64,000 nt of DNA. It comes from Eledone cirrhosa. Taxonomy: Eukaryota. Below are positions 43,494 to 55,800 of the stretch, one piece after another (positions within the stretch are counted from its first letter, which is position 1; every line of letters begins with the position of its first letter). The position numbers were made by a program, and so were the translations under genes. Location of the stretch: assembly GCA_964016885.1 (NCBI GenBank), contig OZ024741.1, positions 150,288,001-150,352,000 of the forward strand. Direction: 5' to 3'. Below the pieces are notes generated by a model that searched no databases, had not been told where the DNA came from, and saw only the letters and a program-made list of their open reading frames with translations.

Positions 43494-43794
43494 TCGAAAT
43501 ATAACAAAGAAATATGCAAAAACCATGTGTCCGAAAAATTAGAGACAGAGAGGACGACTGACCAGCTAGCTGCTTTCACCTCGGCCAGTCGCCCTCCACC
43601 AGTCCAGCCTCCTGTTATTTTATTTATAATTAACTCCGTATTCGCACCACCAACTACACAAACGAAGACGGGTGAACTGCACTACGTTGACTAGTCTCCA
43701 CAATATTACACCAAGATTGACCATACGGAATTACCAATTCTATCCAGTGGTGAACCAACAACCCTAAAGAAATATATATATATATATATATATA

Positions 43795-45270
43795 GTGAAA
43801 AATTGAACGGGAACAAAACAGAGAGGCAGTACGAACAAAGGTTTATTAGTTTCACGCTCTTGAGAGTGGGGTGGTGGTGGGGAACGACGTTTCGGGCATA
43901 AGCCCTTCAGGCGAAAAGTGTGTGGGAAGAGAGTTCCAAGGGTGTGTAGGGGAGAGAGGGAGAGACATTTAGAAAAAAGGGGGTGAGAGGAAACGGTCCA
44001 AATGAAAATAAATATAAAAGCATAATAAAAATAAAAATAAACATGAAGTTAAACAAGTGGTGGAAGGGTGTGGGGCGTGTAGGGGTGGTGGCGAGTGGAG
44101 TGGGGAGAGGGAGGAGGGGTGTCCGAGCGGGGAGGGCTGAAGATGGTGCGTGTGTGTAGGTGTACGTGTGTCTGTATGTGTGTATGTGAATGTGAGAGTT
44201 GGGGGAAGAACGGGGTTGCATGTTCAGGAAAAGGTGTGTGGGTTGTAGGTCGGTGTGTGTGTGCGTGTGTGGATGGGGAGGGGTCAGAGGGGTGGTGGAG
44301 GGGGGAGAGGATTCCGGAAGCTGAGTGTGTAAATATGTGGTGGTACGCACATGTGTGTGGTGTTAATACGTATTGTGGATGTAGGTGGCGTGTGGGAAAA
44401 ACATGTTTTTTTAGTGTATGTCCGTGGGTAAGTTCCTAAGGTAGTTCCGTAGAGGATGTGGTGGGTGCCGGATAATTTCCTTGTGATGGAGTTGATTCGT
44501 GGGAGCGATGTCCAATGTGTGTAATCCGTGGTTGGGTTGGTCGGAAGAGGGGAGATGTGGGGTGCGCGCGCAACAGGAAGTGGTCAGAGGGTCAAGGCAG
44601 GAGGAGGGTTGTGTGTCTGTGTGTGCGGAGAGGTGGTCAGAGCTTCAGGGCGTAGCACCGCAGTTGGGGAGAATGGCAGGTGAAGAAAGTCGGTGTGTCA
44701 GTGTGTGCGGAGGTGCGGTGGACGGGGAGAGGATGGGTAGGTGTGAAATGTGGAGTGAGGAGGGAGGTGTATTAGTAGAGGTGTTAGTGGGATGTGTGTG
44801 TGTGTGTGTGAGAAGAGGTGTGGGTGGAGCGGGGAGAGGGAGGGGGAGAGAAAGGTGTGGGAGCCGGTGGAGGGAGTGTAGTGTACTGGTGTGTGTGTGC
44901 ATGTTTGAATGAGTGTGTGTGTGGTGAAGGGGGTGTTAGTGGGTGTTAGTATACTGGTGGTGGGGAAAGGGTTGAATGCGGGTGTTAGTGGGGGGTCAGT
45001 GGTGGTAGGGTGTGTAGAGTGGGTAGTGTAAGTGGGTGTGTGTGTTCGTGTGCGTGGAGTCGGGGTGTGTGTGTTAGTTGTATTAGTTGTGGGGTGGTGG
45101 GAGTGGATGTGTGGGTGAGGGTTAGTGGTGGTAGTAGGGTGTGTGGTTAGTGTGAGTGCGTGTATTTATGTACCGGTGGGTGTGTGCGTGATAAGGGGAG
45201 GTGGGGGGGGGGGGGAGAAAGGCGGGATGTTAGTATTGTTAGTTGGGGAAGGGTGGTCGGGTGTGGGGTA
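43795..45270 (-). mobile_element. Probable degenerate PLE, CA-rich, with hammerhead remnant at 43881-43913
   Basis: Minus strand CTGAA-GGGC-TTAT-GCCC-GAAA-CG-TC (core short by 3 nt); DYTHWTS-like peptide near 44500; flanked by (TA)n. Confidence 0.4.
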
Positions 45271-45335
45271 TATATATATTTCGTTTCTGAATTTGTTTAG
45301 CAAGATTCTTTATCTGAAAACGTGTGTTGAAACCG

Positions 45336-45515
45336 ATATTGTTATACTTTGGGAGGGTCATGTTGCCAATAAGAAACACACGCACCAGTTGCTTTCACTT
45401 CAATTTATTATAAATTAAATTTATAAATTTAAGAATTTACAAATTTCCGGTTGGCTGGTTGGTTCCACAACCGTCCGGTTATTGGCAACATGACCCTCCC
45501 AAAGTATAACAATAT
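45336..45515. repeat. 37-bp perfect inverted repeat
   Basis: ATATTGTTATACTTTGGGAGGGTCATGTTGCCAATAA and its reverse complement. Confidence 0.9.
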
Positions 45516-45575
45516 ATATATATATATATAGTAACGAAACATAAGTCAATTGTATGAACTCATAATCCTTTATTT

Positions 45576-45631
45576 ACTGCTATATATATTTCGATGATAG
45601 CCATTGAATGGCTATGACCTCATCAGGCAGT
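45576..45631 (-). ncRNA. Canonical type-I hammerhead ribozyme
   Basis: Minus strand: ACTGC-CTGATGA-GGTCATAGCCA-TTCAA-TGGCTATCATC-GAAA-TATATA-TA-GCAGT. Confidence 0.85.
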
Positions 45632-46395
45632 TAGTCAGTTCTTAGATATGCAAGCTCTTGTGTTTATAGTGTTGATGGTATCAAAGCCTTGGGACATATG
45701 AGCTTGTTAGGAATAATTTAGTGTTGTCAGCAGGAATAGTCTTAATTCTCATTGGTCAGTTTGTAGATGCTATTAGGGTTGGTATTTGACATCAAAGAGG
45801 CAGGTGGTTTTGTAAAGTTCAAACCGTCAGGCAAGATGACAATAGTTCCATATGACTGATTTTCACGCAAAGCATTCCTGGTCAGATATATATTCAATTA
45901 AGGTTAATAGTATGAAATAGATACTACCGGTCATTCTTCATTTGAGGAATTTATGTGGAGTGGTACTACTGAAATTTATGGTTAGAGTAGAAAATTTACA
46001 AATAAAAAGACTTATGTAGGTTGGCTTGCACGTACACTCACACACACCTCCACAGACACACACACACACATCCACACATACAAATTGAGGAATTAATGTG
46101 GGGTGGTAATACTTAAAATAATGGTTAGAGTCAAATACTTAGATTGTTTAGAAAATTAGAAATAAAAGGCTTATGCTGGTTGACTTGTACATACACTCAC
46201 ACCTACCCCCTCAGACACACACAAATCCATACAGGTGTGTATATATATATATATATATGTACGCACAAGTGTATATATATATAAAATACATACATACACA
46301 TAAAACATATATATATAAAATATATATATATATAAAATATATATATATATAAAATATACATACATATAAAATACATACATATATAAAATATACAT

Positions 46396-46433
<38 letters not shown>

Positions 46434-46486
46434 CATATATATATATATATATACATACACATATAATATATATATATATATATATA

Positions 46487-49400
46487 CGATATTAACAAAT
46501 GGAAACTATATTTATAAAACCATATCTATTTTATTATACATATTTCAAGGATACCATATTAAATTATGGTATGCTTTCATCAGACAATATACAATATATA
46601 CCAGTTTTATAAATAAATATTGACATACCCTTTCAAAATGCAACCGTTACTTTTGGAAAACATCAGAGATAGTGGATTTGGTTACCTTAGTAAGTCGTTG
46701 TGTTAAGGAAAAGGAAAAAGACGGAGAGAGAAAAACCGAGAGAGAGAAAAGTGGAGAAAGAAAAAGAAAAGTGGAGAAAGAAAAAGAAAAAAGAAAAAAA
46801 AAGAAAAAGAAAAAAGAAAAAAGAAAAAAGAAAAAAGAAAAAAGAAAAAAAAAGAAAAAAGAAAAAAGAAAAAGAAAAAAGAAAAAAGAAAAAAGAAAAA
46901 AGAAAAAAGAAAAAAGAAAAAAAGAAAAAGAAAAAAGAATAAAAGAAAAAAGAAAAAAGAAAAAAGAAAAAAGAAAAAAGAAAAAAGAAAAAAAAAAAAA
47001 AAAAAGAAAAAAACAAGAGAGAGATATCAAAACACCAGACAGAGAGAAAAAAATCAAGAGAGAGAAATATAGAGATATAGAGAGGGTGAGAGATCGAAAA
47101 CCTTACGTCAAGTCATATTAAGTTAAGTTAACAATTGAGATGTAATGAATAAATAAAATTAGAAATATTAATATTCACGAATGGAATATACATATATAAT
47201 ATGAGAAATTAATCATTGTTTAACTATGATTAGATATTTAGTTTAAAAATTGAGATCAATATATAAAAAATTGGAATTTAAACTTTACGAAATATATATA
47301 TTGCTAGAGAAATTACCTATCATATAACACGTACACACACGCAAAAATACACATAAATATATATATATACACACTCAGAAAATACACATTATATCTACTC
47401 CCGTATATATTATATACATACAAAGCATAAATGATTTTTTTTATTAATGTTATACATCCCTTGTGTTATTAAATAAACATTTTTAATATATATATATAGA
47501 TATATAGGATTAGCTTTCATGCATTTATGGCTTTTAAAATTATGCCTATCTGCAATCAAATTGTATGGGTAGACATGTACATGTACACACACAATTCTTA
47601 CATATACATTTATAAACATGTGTGTGCATCCTCACCCAATTGGTAGACACGCGTCACTCATGCATATATACAGACAGACATATATTTATAAAAATGCATA
47701 TAACACATGTATATGTATGTTAATACACACATATACATACATACTCGTATAGAGATAAGTATACATCAATATATTACATAGTATAATTGAGTACATAAAA
47801 TACAAAAGTATTATATATTGGAAATATCATTATATCAATATAACTTAAAAACAAAAGAATTCTAAAATATTAAAATATTAAAATATTTTAAAATATTATA
47901 GAATATTTTAAGTTAAAATAATATGTTTAATAGATTTAGTATAGAAATTTATCTTACGTATATTTTACTCAAGATATTGAAAGGATAAACTTTCGAAAAT
48001 TATGAGAAGCTATCAGAATAAAAACAAAGCTAATAAAAAAAAAAAATATATATTAAAAAAAAAAAAAATATATAAAAAATAAAAAAAATATGAAAAATGT
48101 AAAAAATATAAGAAATAGGAAATATTTTCTCCTTTCAAGAGCTGTCAATATATTTCTCTAGAATAGTTTATTATATTTATATTTATATTTAGGAAGAAAA
48201 TTTATTTATACTTGAGTACCTAACCTAAGAAAATGAAAAAGGTGAAGGAATCTAATGATTTATCGACAGGTTTCATATACTAACCAAATTACTTAATTAA
48301 TTATACTACATTTTAAATTTATATTTATATTTAAACGTTGAGTTCAATCTATGTCTGCAGCAACTGAATAAATTATTCCTTAAATTTAGGGAATTTTTGG
48401 TCTTTAATATAAAGAATATTTCCTCTATACAAAGATCGCAATTTTCTGAAGAGGAATTAAAAGGAGTAGCTTATGAAATAATATTCCAAATCTCGTTTTA
48501 GGTCCCATAATAGGCTAGATAGCGAAGTTGAAGATTTTTTGTTTGGATCTGTAAAATAATTTTTATGATTATTGAAGCGGGATTTAAACTCTGTGGAGGT
48601 AGAACCGACATAATTAAATGAATTTAACTTAGTTTTTACATTACAATTATAAACTACATTTTTAGCTAAGCAATTGTTATTTAACGGACAGTTGGATTTA
48701 TTTCTACAGTTACAATTTTTCGATTGAATATTGCTTGGGTTATTATTGGTATTTTGGTTAGGTTTTAAATTTCTATTATTAATTCTATTAATATTTTGCG
48801 CTAAATTTTTGGTGGAAGAGTAAGTTAATTTTATAGTATGTCTATTAAAAATTGAGTAATATCTATGTGTTCTAGGGAAGCGTTTGTCAAGAGCTTTAAA
48901 GAATAGTTTAGCAATAGGGGTTTTAATATTTAGTGAGAAAGGAGGAGCGAACCATACTATATTCCTAGTTCTATTTCTTTTTCGGCTTTCGGAATTATTG
49001 TAATGTTTTCTATTATAGTTGTTAAAATTGTTACCATAGTTAAAATTGTTATTATTTTGGTTAGTTTTTATAGTATTATTATTATCGATGTATTTAATTT
49101 TATTTCTATACCCAGCTCTACCTAACGCTTCGTTGTAATAATGCGCTTATACATCAAATATATTAGATGAAATTCTCGAAATTCGTTCTTGTACAGCGTT
49201 CACTATAGTATTTTTAACAAATCTGGGGTGATTAGAGTTAAAATTGACATAATTTAAGTTCTCATTTAGTTTGTGAAATGGATAATGAAGATATGTGTTA
49301 AGATTTAGTGTTACATCTAGAAAAATTGACTATTTTATGGTTATTCTCTATTTCTACTTTTAGATTAAGGTAGTTAAAAAATTGTATAATATGTTTTCTT

Positions 49401-50870
49401 TTTCTATTTAGTTCACAGCTATTATTTTCTATAAGTAAAAGCATGTCGTCACGATATAAACCTCCGGTTACACCTGGTATTTTTCTATGTAGAGAATTAA
49501 TTATAAATAGGCCCACAAGGTCCGTTACCTGAGCTGAGTCTGAAGATCCCATAGTTATGTCGAAATTATTATTTCTATCTGCCCTAGTCCAGAGTTGGTT
49601 ATTAAATTCTATTAATGTTTTCCGTGCCGATAATATAATGAGCATTTCATTGCTAGTTATGTCTGTATGTTTAAATGCGTAAGTTAGTGCCTTATTCAGT
49701 AGATTAGGAGTGACAGTTGAGTAGTAGTTAGCAATATCCAACTGAATAAACTTATTATTATAGTTATATTTAATTTCTTTAAACCAATCGATAACCTTAC
49801 TAGTCCCTTTCCATAATTTTAAGTAAGATAAATTAGGTAAATTCTTAATTTGTGGTATTATTCTGTCTAGAATATTTTTGCTAAGTCTGCCAAGGTCAGA
49901 TTTAGATGGTGCAATTAATCTGACTGGTAAATCATTTTCAAAGTTTCTTTTATGATCCTTCATATTAATCTTAGGTTTCCTTGGCATGAAGGGTTGTGTT
50001 TTATTTTCAATGTCTAGTTCATGCATTATACAAGAGGCATCTGTATTCAGTTTTTCAAGGTCGTCTTTATTTGTTACTTTATAATTCTTCCTTAGTTCCT
50101 TTAATATAAGGTCGTTATAAATGTCCTTTTGTATTCCGTAAAGATTATTTGTCCGACTTGACTAGAATTTTCTCCGTTTTCTCCAAGTTTTCAATATTAT
50201 CCTTAATATTTCTTAAGTAATCTTGGCCTTTGAAGTTGTTTTTGAATTTGATGCTTTGGATAATAGATATGATATCATTTTCAAAATCCATTAGTAGTTT
50301 GTTGGGGGTTGGATTTTTTTTAGATTTGAAGATTTTATCCAGATTTGAAACATTTTCATTTAGATTAGATTTATCGAAGTAGAAAGCACGCAACTTGATT
50401 CTTCTTATAAAAGAGTCTGATTTTTCTATTAATTGTTTAATAAAATCTTTATTCCTAGGTAGAGGTATGTCTTTTAGAGAAGAAGAGATCTTAAAGAATT
50501 CCATTTTCCAGTTATAATATAAAGCGCTCAACAATACAGGAGCAGAGTATATGCAAAAGTTCTATTTAAATATTTTTATAACTGATATAAAGCACTCGAC
50601 AAGTATTTGCAGTAAATATACGCATTTTGAAAGGGTATGTCAATATTTATTTATAAAACTGGTATATATTGTATTTTGTCTGATGAAAGCATACCATAAT
50701 TTAACATGGTATCCTTGAAATATGTATAATAAAATAGATATGGTTTTATAAATATAGTTTCCATTTGTTAATATCGTATATTTACTCCAAATACTTGTCG
50801 AGTGCTTTATATCAGTTATAAAAATATTTGTTTGTTGTATCCCAACAATTTAAATAGAACTTTTGCATAT
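46487..50870 (-). mobile_element. Penelope-like element (Naiad-like), near full length, with 3' pLTR (46487-~46680) and inverted 5' pLTR (50550-50870)
   Basis: RT+GIY-YIG ORF; pLTR hammerheads at 46527-46591(-) and 50672-50736(+); both ends in (TA)n. Confidence 0.85.
48306..50534 (-). pseudogene. PLE reverse transcriptase-GIY-YIG endonuclease, frameshifted
   Basis: KSDK, KDHK, RLIAPSKSDLG, LDIANYY, FDITMGS, GLYRDD, (F)LDVTLNL, WFAPPFS, CNCR..CPL..C, VVY...YVGST..FKSRFNNH, CDLC, CCRH; breaks near 50147, 49320, 49150 and 48490. Confidence 0.9.
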
Positions 50871-50882
50871 ATATATATATAT

Positions 50883-52446
50883 AGGAACCAGTAAGAACCC
50901 GACGGCTGAGCTCAAGCCGTTTCGACGGCTAATTCTGGACTAAATGAAAATTTATCCTGGTATTTAAATAGCCGAGCTACTCAAGGGGTAATTCCATATA
51001 TGGTCAAAGTGATTCTCACAAGGATTGGTCACAAGTTAGTAGTAATTCTGTGATGGCAAATTAGGGGGGGAAGGGGTAGCTAAACCTGCCAGTAGGAGAA
51101 AAGGGGGAGGGGGGAGTAGACCCATTCATGCGTTGGTGGTGCCGGCTACAGCTGGGCGTGAGGTCAAAGAAGATACTAGGGAGGGGGAGGGGGAGGAAGT
51201 CGAAACGGTAAGTAGAACAATGATGGGTAAAAATATACTGAGAGTGAAGCGAATAAATGTAAAGAAAAAAAAAAAAAAAGCAATTTCTACGACCTAAGTC
51301 TCTCGCTATTGCTAGGCTAAATAAATAAATAAATAAATAAATAAACCGCTTGTGACTTCAAGACCCGGCTATACCTACACAGACATACCTTCCGAAACCC
51401 GGCCCGGCGTCACGCCACAACACTTTCGGGCCACATATGGGACCTCAAGGACAACAACATCACCTATGATCTCACTTGGAGATTACTGTCCAGAGCCAAC
51501 TTTTACACGGGAGGACGCCGTCCGTGCAATTTATGCTCGGAGGAAACTTTACAAATGCTGTTTTCAACGGACCAACTCCTAAACAAGAAAGATGAACTGG
51601 TTACTGCATGTAAACACAGACTGCGTAGGACTTACCTCGCCCTCAAACCCCATAATGACCCGGGGGGGGGGTCGACTAGGGCTATAACACCCCACTTGCC
51701 GATTTTGTAATGGGTAACCCCTGCTTGCCAAGGGAGACGTAAGATCTTCTTTTATATTCTTTTATCGCTTCCTCTATATTTCCTTCTTCCCCCCATCCCT
51801 CCCTAGTCCTTCTACCCCAGTTCTTTTTCTTTGTCGGCGTCTTTTTCTCGCCCACCCGAGGTAGCCCCTCGGCCCCTTGTAGCCTCAGTACCCCCACCCC
51901 TCCCCTAGTCTATGTTAGATTTGGCGGACTCCGCTTTCTATAGCAGTTGTGTTAGACCTCGGATACTTGCCCCCTTATCCGACCGCTCCCCCTTTTTTCC
52001 GTGCCTTCTATATTTCTTAGTGGCATCTCTGCTTTATTTCTCGTTTATTCAGTTTTTCTTTCTTCTCTTTTCTTTTGGGCGGGGTGGATTCTGAATTAAT
52101 TTTCCGTATTCTACTTTTACTTCGTACGAACTTTCATGTAGCTTGTATAAGAACTTTTGTAGCGTGGCGGTACCCTTAGAGTTAGCATTAGTATATTTTT
52201 TTCGGGACTCTGAATTATTATTTCGTACTAGTTTACTTTTCTGCACTGGGTCGTTGCTGGCCTTGTGCCCGGGGTAGAAACCTTTATTAATTATTTCGTG
52301 GTAGTTTCTTTAGTATTTTGGCCCCCCTTGGTTGACCCGTCACTGTATGATATACGTACTTATACCTCTTAAAAGGGTCCTTTCCTATTCCGTCCCACCT
52401 AGTTTATTTATTTATTATTTTTTTATTTCTTTATCTATTTATTCAT

Positions 52447-52478
<32 letters not shown>

Positions 52479-52822
52479 TCTAGCAATAGCGAGAGACTTA
52501 GGTCGTAGAAATTGCTTATTTTTTTTTTCTTTACATTTATTCGCTTCACTCTCAGTATATTTTTACCCTTCATTGTTCTACTTACCGTTTCGACTTCCTC
52601 CCCCTCCCCCTCCCTAGTATCTTCTTTGACCTCACGCCCAGCTGTAGCCGGCACCACCAACGCATGAATGGGTCTACTCCACCCCTCCCCTTTTTCTCCT
52701 ACTGGCAGGTTTAGCTACCCCTTCCCCCACTAATTTGCCATCACAGAATTACTACTAACTTGTGACCAATCCTTGTGAGAATCACTTTGACCATATATGG
52801 AATTACCCCTTGAGAAGTTCGG

Positions 52823-52825
<3 letters not shown>
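50883..52825 (+). mobile_element. Second PLE family: 5'-truncated copy with ~375-bp inverted pLTR
   Basis: 50968-51345 is the reverse complement of ~52455-52825; EN C-terminus at 51345-51686 (FKTRLYLH...HIWDLKD...CNLC..LLNK..CKH); bounded by (TA)n. Confidence 0.82.
50896..50989 (-). ncRNA. Hammerhead candidate, U3-A8-type core
   Basis: Minus strand: ACCCC-TTGAGTA-G..CGGCTA...TAGCCG.C-GAAA-CGGC..GCCG-TC-GGGTT; the sister copy at 52810 reads TTGAGAA. Confidence 0.55.
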
Positions 52826-52870
<45 letters not shown>

Positions 52871-52876
<6 letters not shown>

Positions 52877-55800
52877 TGAAACAAAATGAAAACGAAATTT
52901 CATTTCTCACTCTTAGTATGGCACTTACTTAAATGTAAGTATGCATGTATACGTACATACATATATGTATACAGACGTACAGTAGCATGCACATATATAT
53001 ATATATATATACATATATACATACATATGCATACAGGTACACATACATATATGCACGTATCAGTTTAGCGGCGCTTATTATAACGTCGCTTTGTTCGTTT
53101 GTAAACAAACTGAACAGCCTGAATTTATGCCATACGGTGTTAAGGCAACCACGTCACCTTTTTGTTCAACACTGACACAGGAACGATGTACTAGTTTCAA
53201 GCTTGTTAGCTATCATCAGCACCGTTTACCCATCTGCCAGATAGTTGAACGTTCGAAAGTATATACTTTCCTTATGAAAATTAACGGCTGAGCAGCCTAA
53301 TTTGCATATTGAGTGAGTTAAATCGGTCAGGCATACCGAAAACGATAAATTGAAACAAAATGAAAACGAAATTTCATTTCTCACTCTTAGTATGGCACTT
53401 ACTTAAATGTAAGTATGCATGTATACGTACATACATATATGTATACAGACGTACAGTAGCATGCACATATATATATATATATATATACATATATACATAC
53501 ATATGCATACAGGTACACATACATATATGCACGTATCAGTTTAGCGGCGCTTATTATAACGTCGCTTTGTTCGTTTGTAAACAAACTGAACAGCCTGAAT
53601 TTATGCCATACGGTGTTAAGGCAACCACGTCACCTTTTTGTTCAACACTGACACAGGAACGATGTACTAGTTTCAAGCTTGTTAGCTATCATCAGCACCG
53701 TTTACCCATCTGCCAGATAGTTGAACGTTCGAAAGTATATACTTTCCTTATGAAAATTAACGGCTGAGCAGCCTAATTTGCATATTGAGTGAGTTAAATC
53801 GGTCAGGCATACCGAAAACGATAAATTGAAACAAAATGAAAACGAAATTTCATTTCTCACTCTTAGTATGGCACTTACTTAAATGTAAGTATGCATGTAT
53901 ACGTACATACATATATGTATACAGACGTACAGTAGCATGCACATATATATATATATATATACATATATACATACATATGCATACAGGTACACATACATAT
54001 ATGCACGTATCAGTTTAGCGGCGCTTATTATAACGTCGCTTTGTTCGTTTGTAAACAAACTGAACAGCCTGAATTTATGCCATACGGTGTTAAGGCAACC
54101 ACGTCACATTTTTGTTCAACACTGACACAGGAACGATGTACTAGTTTCAAGCTTGTTAGCTATCATCAGCACCGTTTACCCATCTGCCAGATAGTTGAAC
54201 GTTCGAAAGTATATACTTTCCTTATGAAAATTAACGGCTGAGCAGCCTAATTTGCATATTGAGTGAGTTAAATCGGTCAGGCATACCGAAAACGATAAAT
54301 TGAAACAAAATGAAAACGAAATTTCATTTCTCACTCTTAGTATGGCACTTACTTAAATGTAAGTATGCATGTATACGTACATACATATATGTATACAGAC
54401 GTACAGTAGCATGCACATATATATATATATATATACATATATACATACATATGCATACAGGTACACATACATATATGCACGTATCAGTTTAGCGGCGCTT
54501 ATTATAACGTCGCTTTGTTCGTTTGTAAACAAACTGAACAGCCTGAATTTATGCCATACGGTGTTAAGGCAACCACGTCACCTTTTTGTTCAACACTGAC
54601 ACAGGAACGATGTACTAGTTTCAAGCTTGTTAGCTATCATCAGCACCGTTTACCCATCTGCCAGATAGTTGAACGTTCGAAAGTATATACTTTCCTTATG
54701 AAAATTAACGGCTGAGCAGCCTAATTTGCATATTGAGTGAGTTAAATCGGTCAGGCATACCGAAAACGATAAATTGAAACAAAATGAAAACGAAATTTCA
54801 TTTCTCACTCTTAGTATGGCACTTACTTAAATGTAAGTATGCATGTATACGTACATATATATATGTATACAGACGTACAGTAGCATGCACATATATATAT
54901 ATATATATACATATATACATACATATGCATACAGGTACACATACATATATGCACGTATCAGTTTAGCGGCGCTTATTATAACGTCGCTTTGTTCGTTTGT
55001 AAACAAACTGAACAGCCTGAATTTATGCCATACGGTGTTAAGGCAACCACGTCACCTTTTTGTTCAACACTGACACAGGAACAATGTACTAGTTTCAAGC
55101 TTGTTAGCTATCATCAGCACCGTTTACCCATCTGCCAGATAGTTGAACGTTCGAAAGTATATACTTTCCTTATGAAAATTAACGGCTGAGCAGCCTAATT
55201 TGCATATTGAGTGAGTTAAATCGGTCAGGCATACCGAAAACGATAAATTGAAACAAAATGAAACGGTGCTGATGATAGCTAACAAGCTTGAAACTAGTAC
55301 ATCGTTCCTGTGTCAGTGTTGAACAAAAAGGTGACGTGGTTGCCTTAACACCGTATGGCATAAATTCAGGCTGTTCAGTTTGTTTACAAACGAACAAAGC
55401 GACGTTATAATAAGCGCCGCTAAACTGATACGTGCATATATGTATGTGTACCTGTATGCATATGTATGTATATATGTATATATATATATATATATGTGCA
55501 TGCTACTGTACGTCTGTATACATATATGTATGTACGTATACATGCATACTTACATTTAAGTAAGTGCCATACTAAGAGTGAGAAATGAAATTTCGTTTTC
55601 ATTTTGTTTCAATTTATCGTTTTCGGTATGCCTGACCGATTTAACTCACTCAATATGCAAATTAGGCTGCTCAGCCGTTAATTTTCATAAGGAAAGTATA
55701 TACTTTCGAACGTTCAACTATCTGGCAGATGGGTAAACGGTGCTGATGATAGCTAACAAGCTTGAAACTAGTACATCGTTCCTGTGTCAGTGTTGAACAA

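Noticed and set aside
48306-50534. Selenocysteine (in-frame UGA) recoding as reported for some Naiad PLEs
   Set aside because: The disruptions I could read are frameshifts or TAA, conserved Cys codons are intact, and no SECIS was identified
50550-50621. 22-nt gap versus the inverted pLTR copy as a spliced PLE intron
   Set aside because: Too short, lacks an AG end, and is flanked by ATTT microhomology, so a simple deletion
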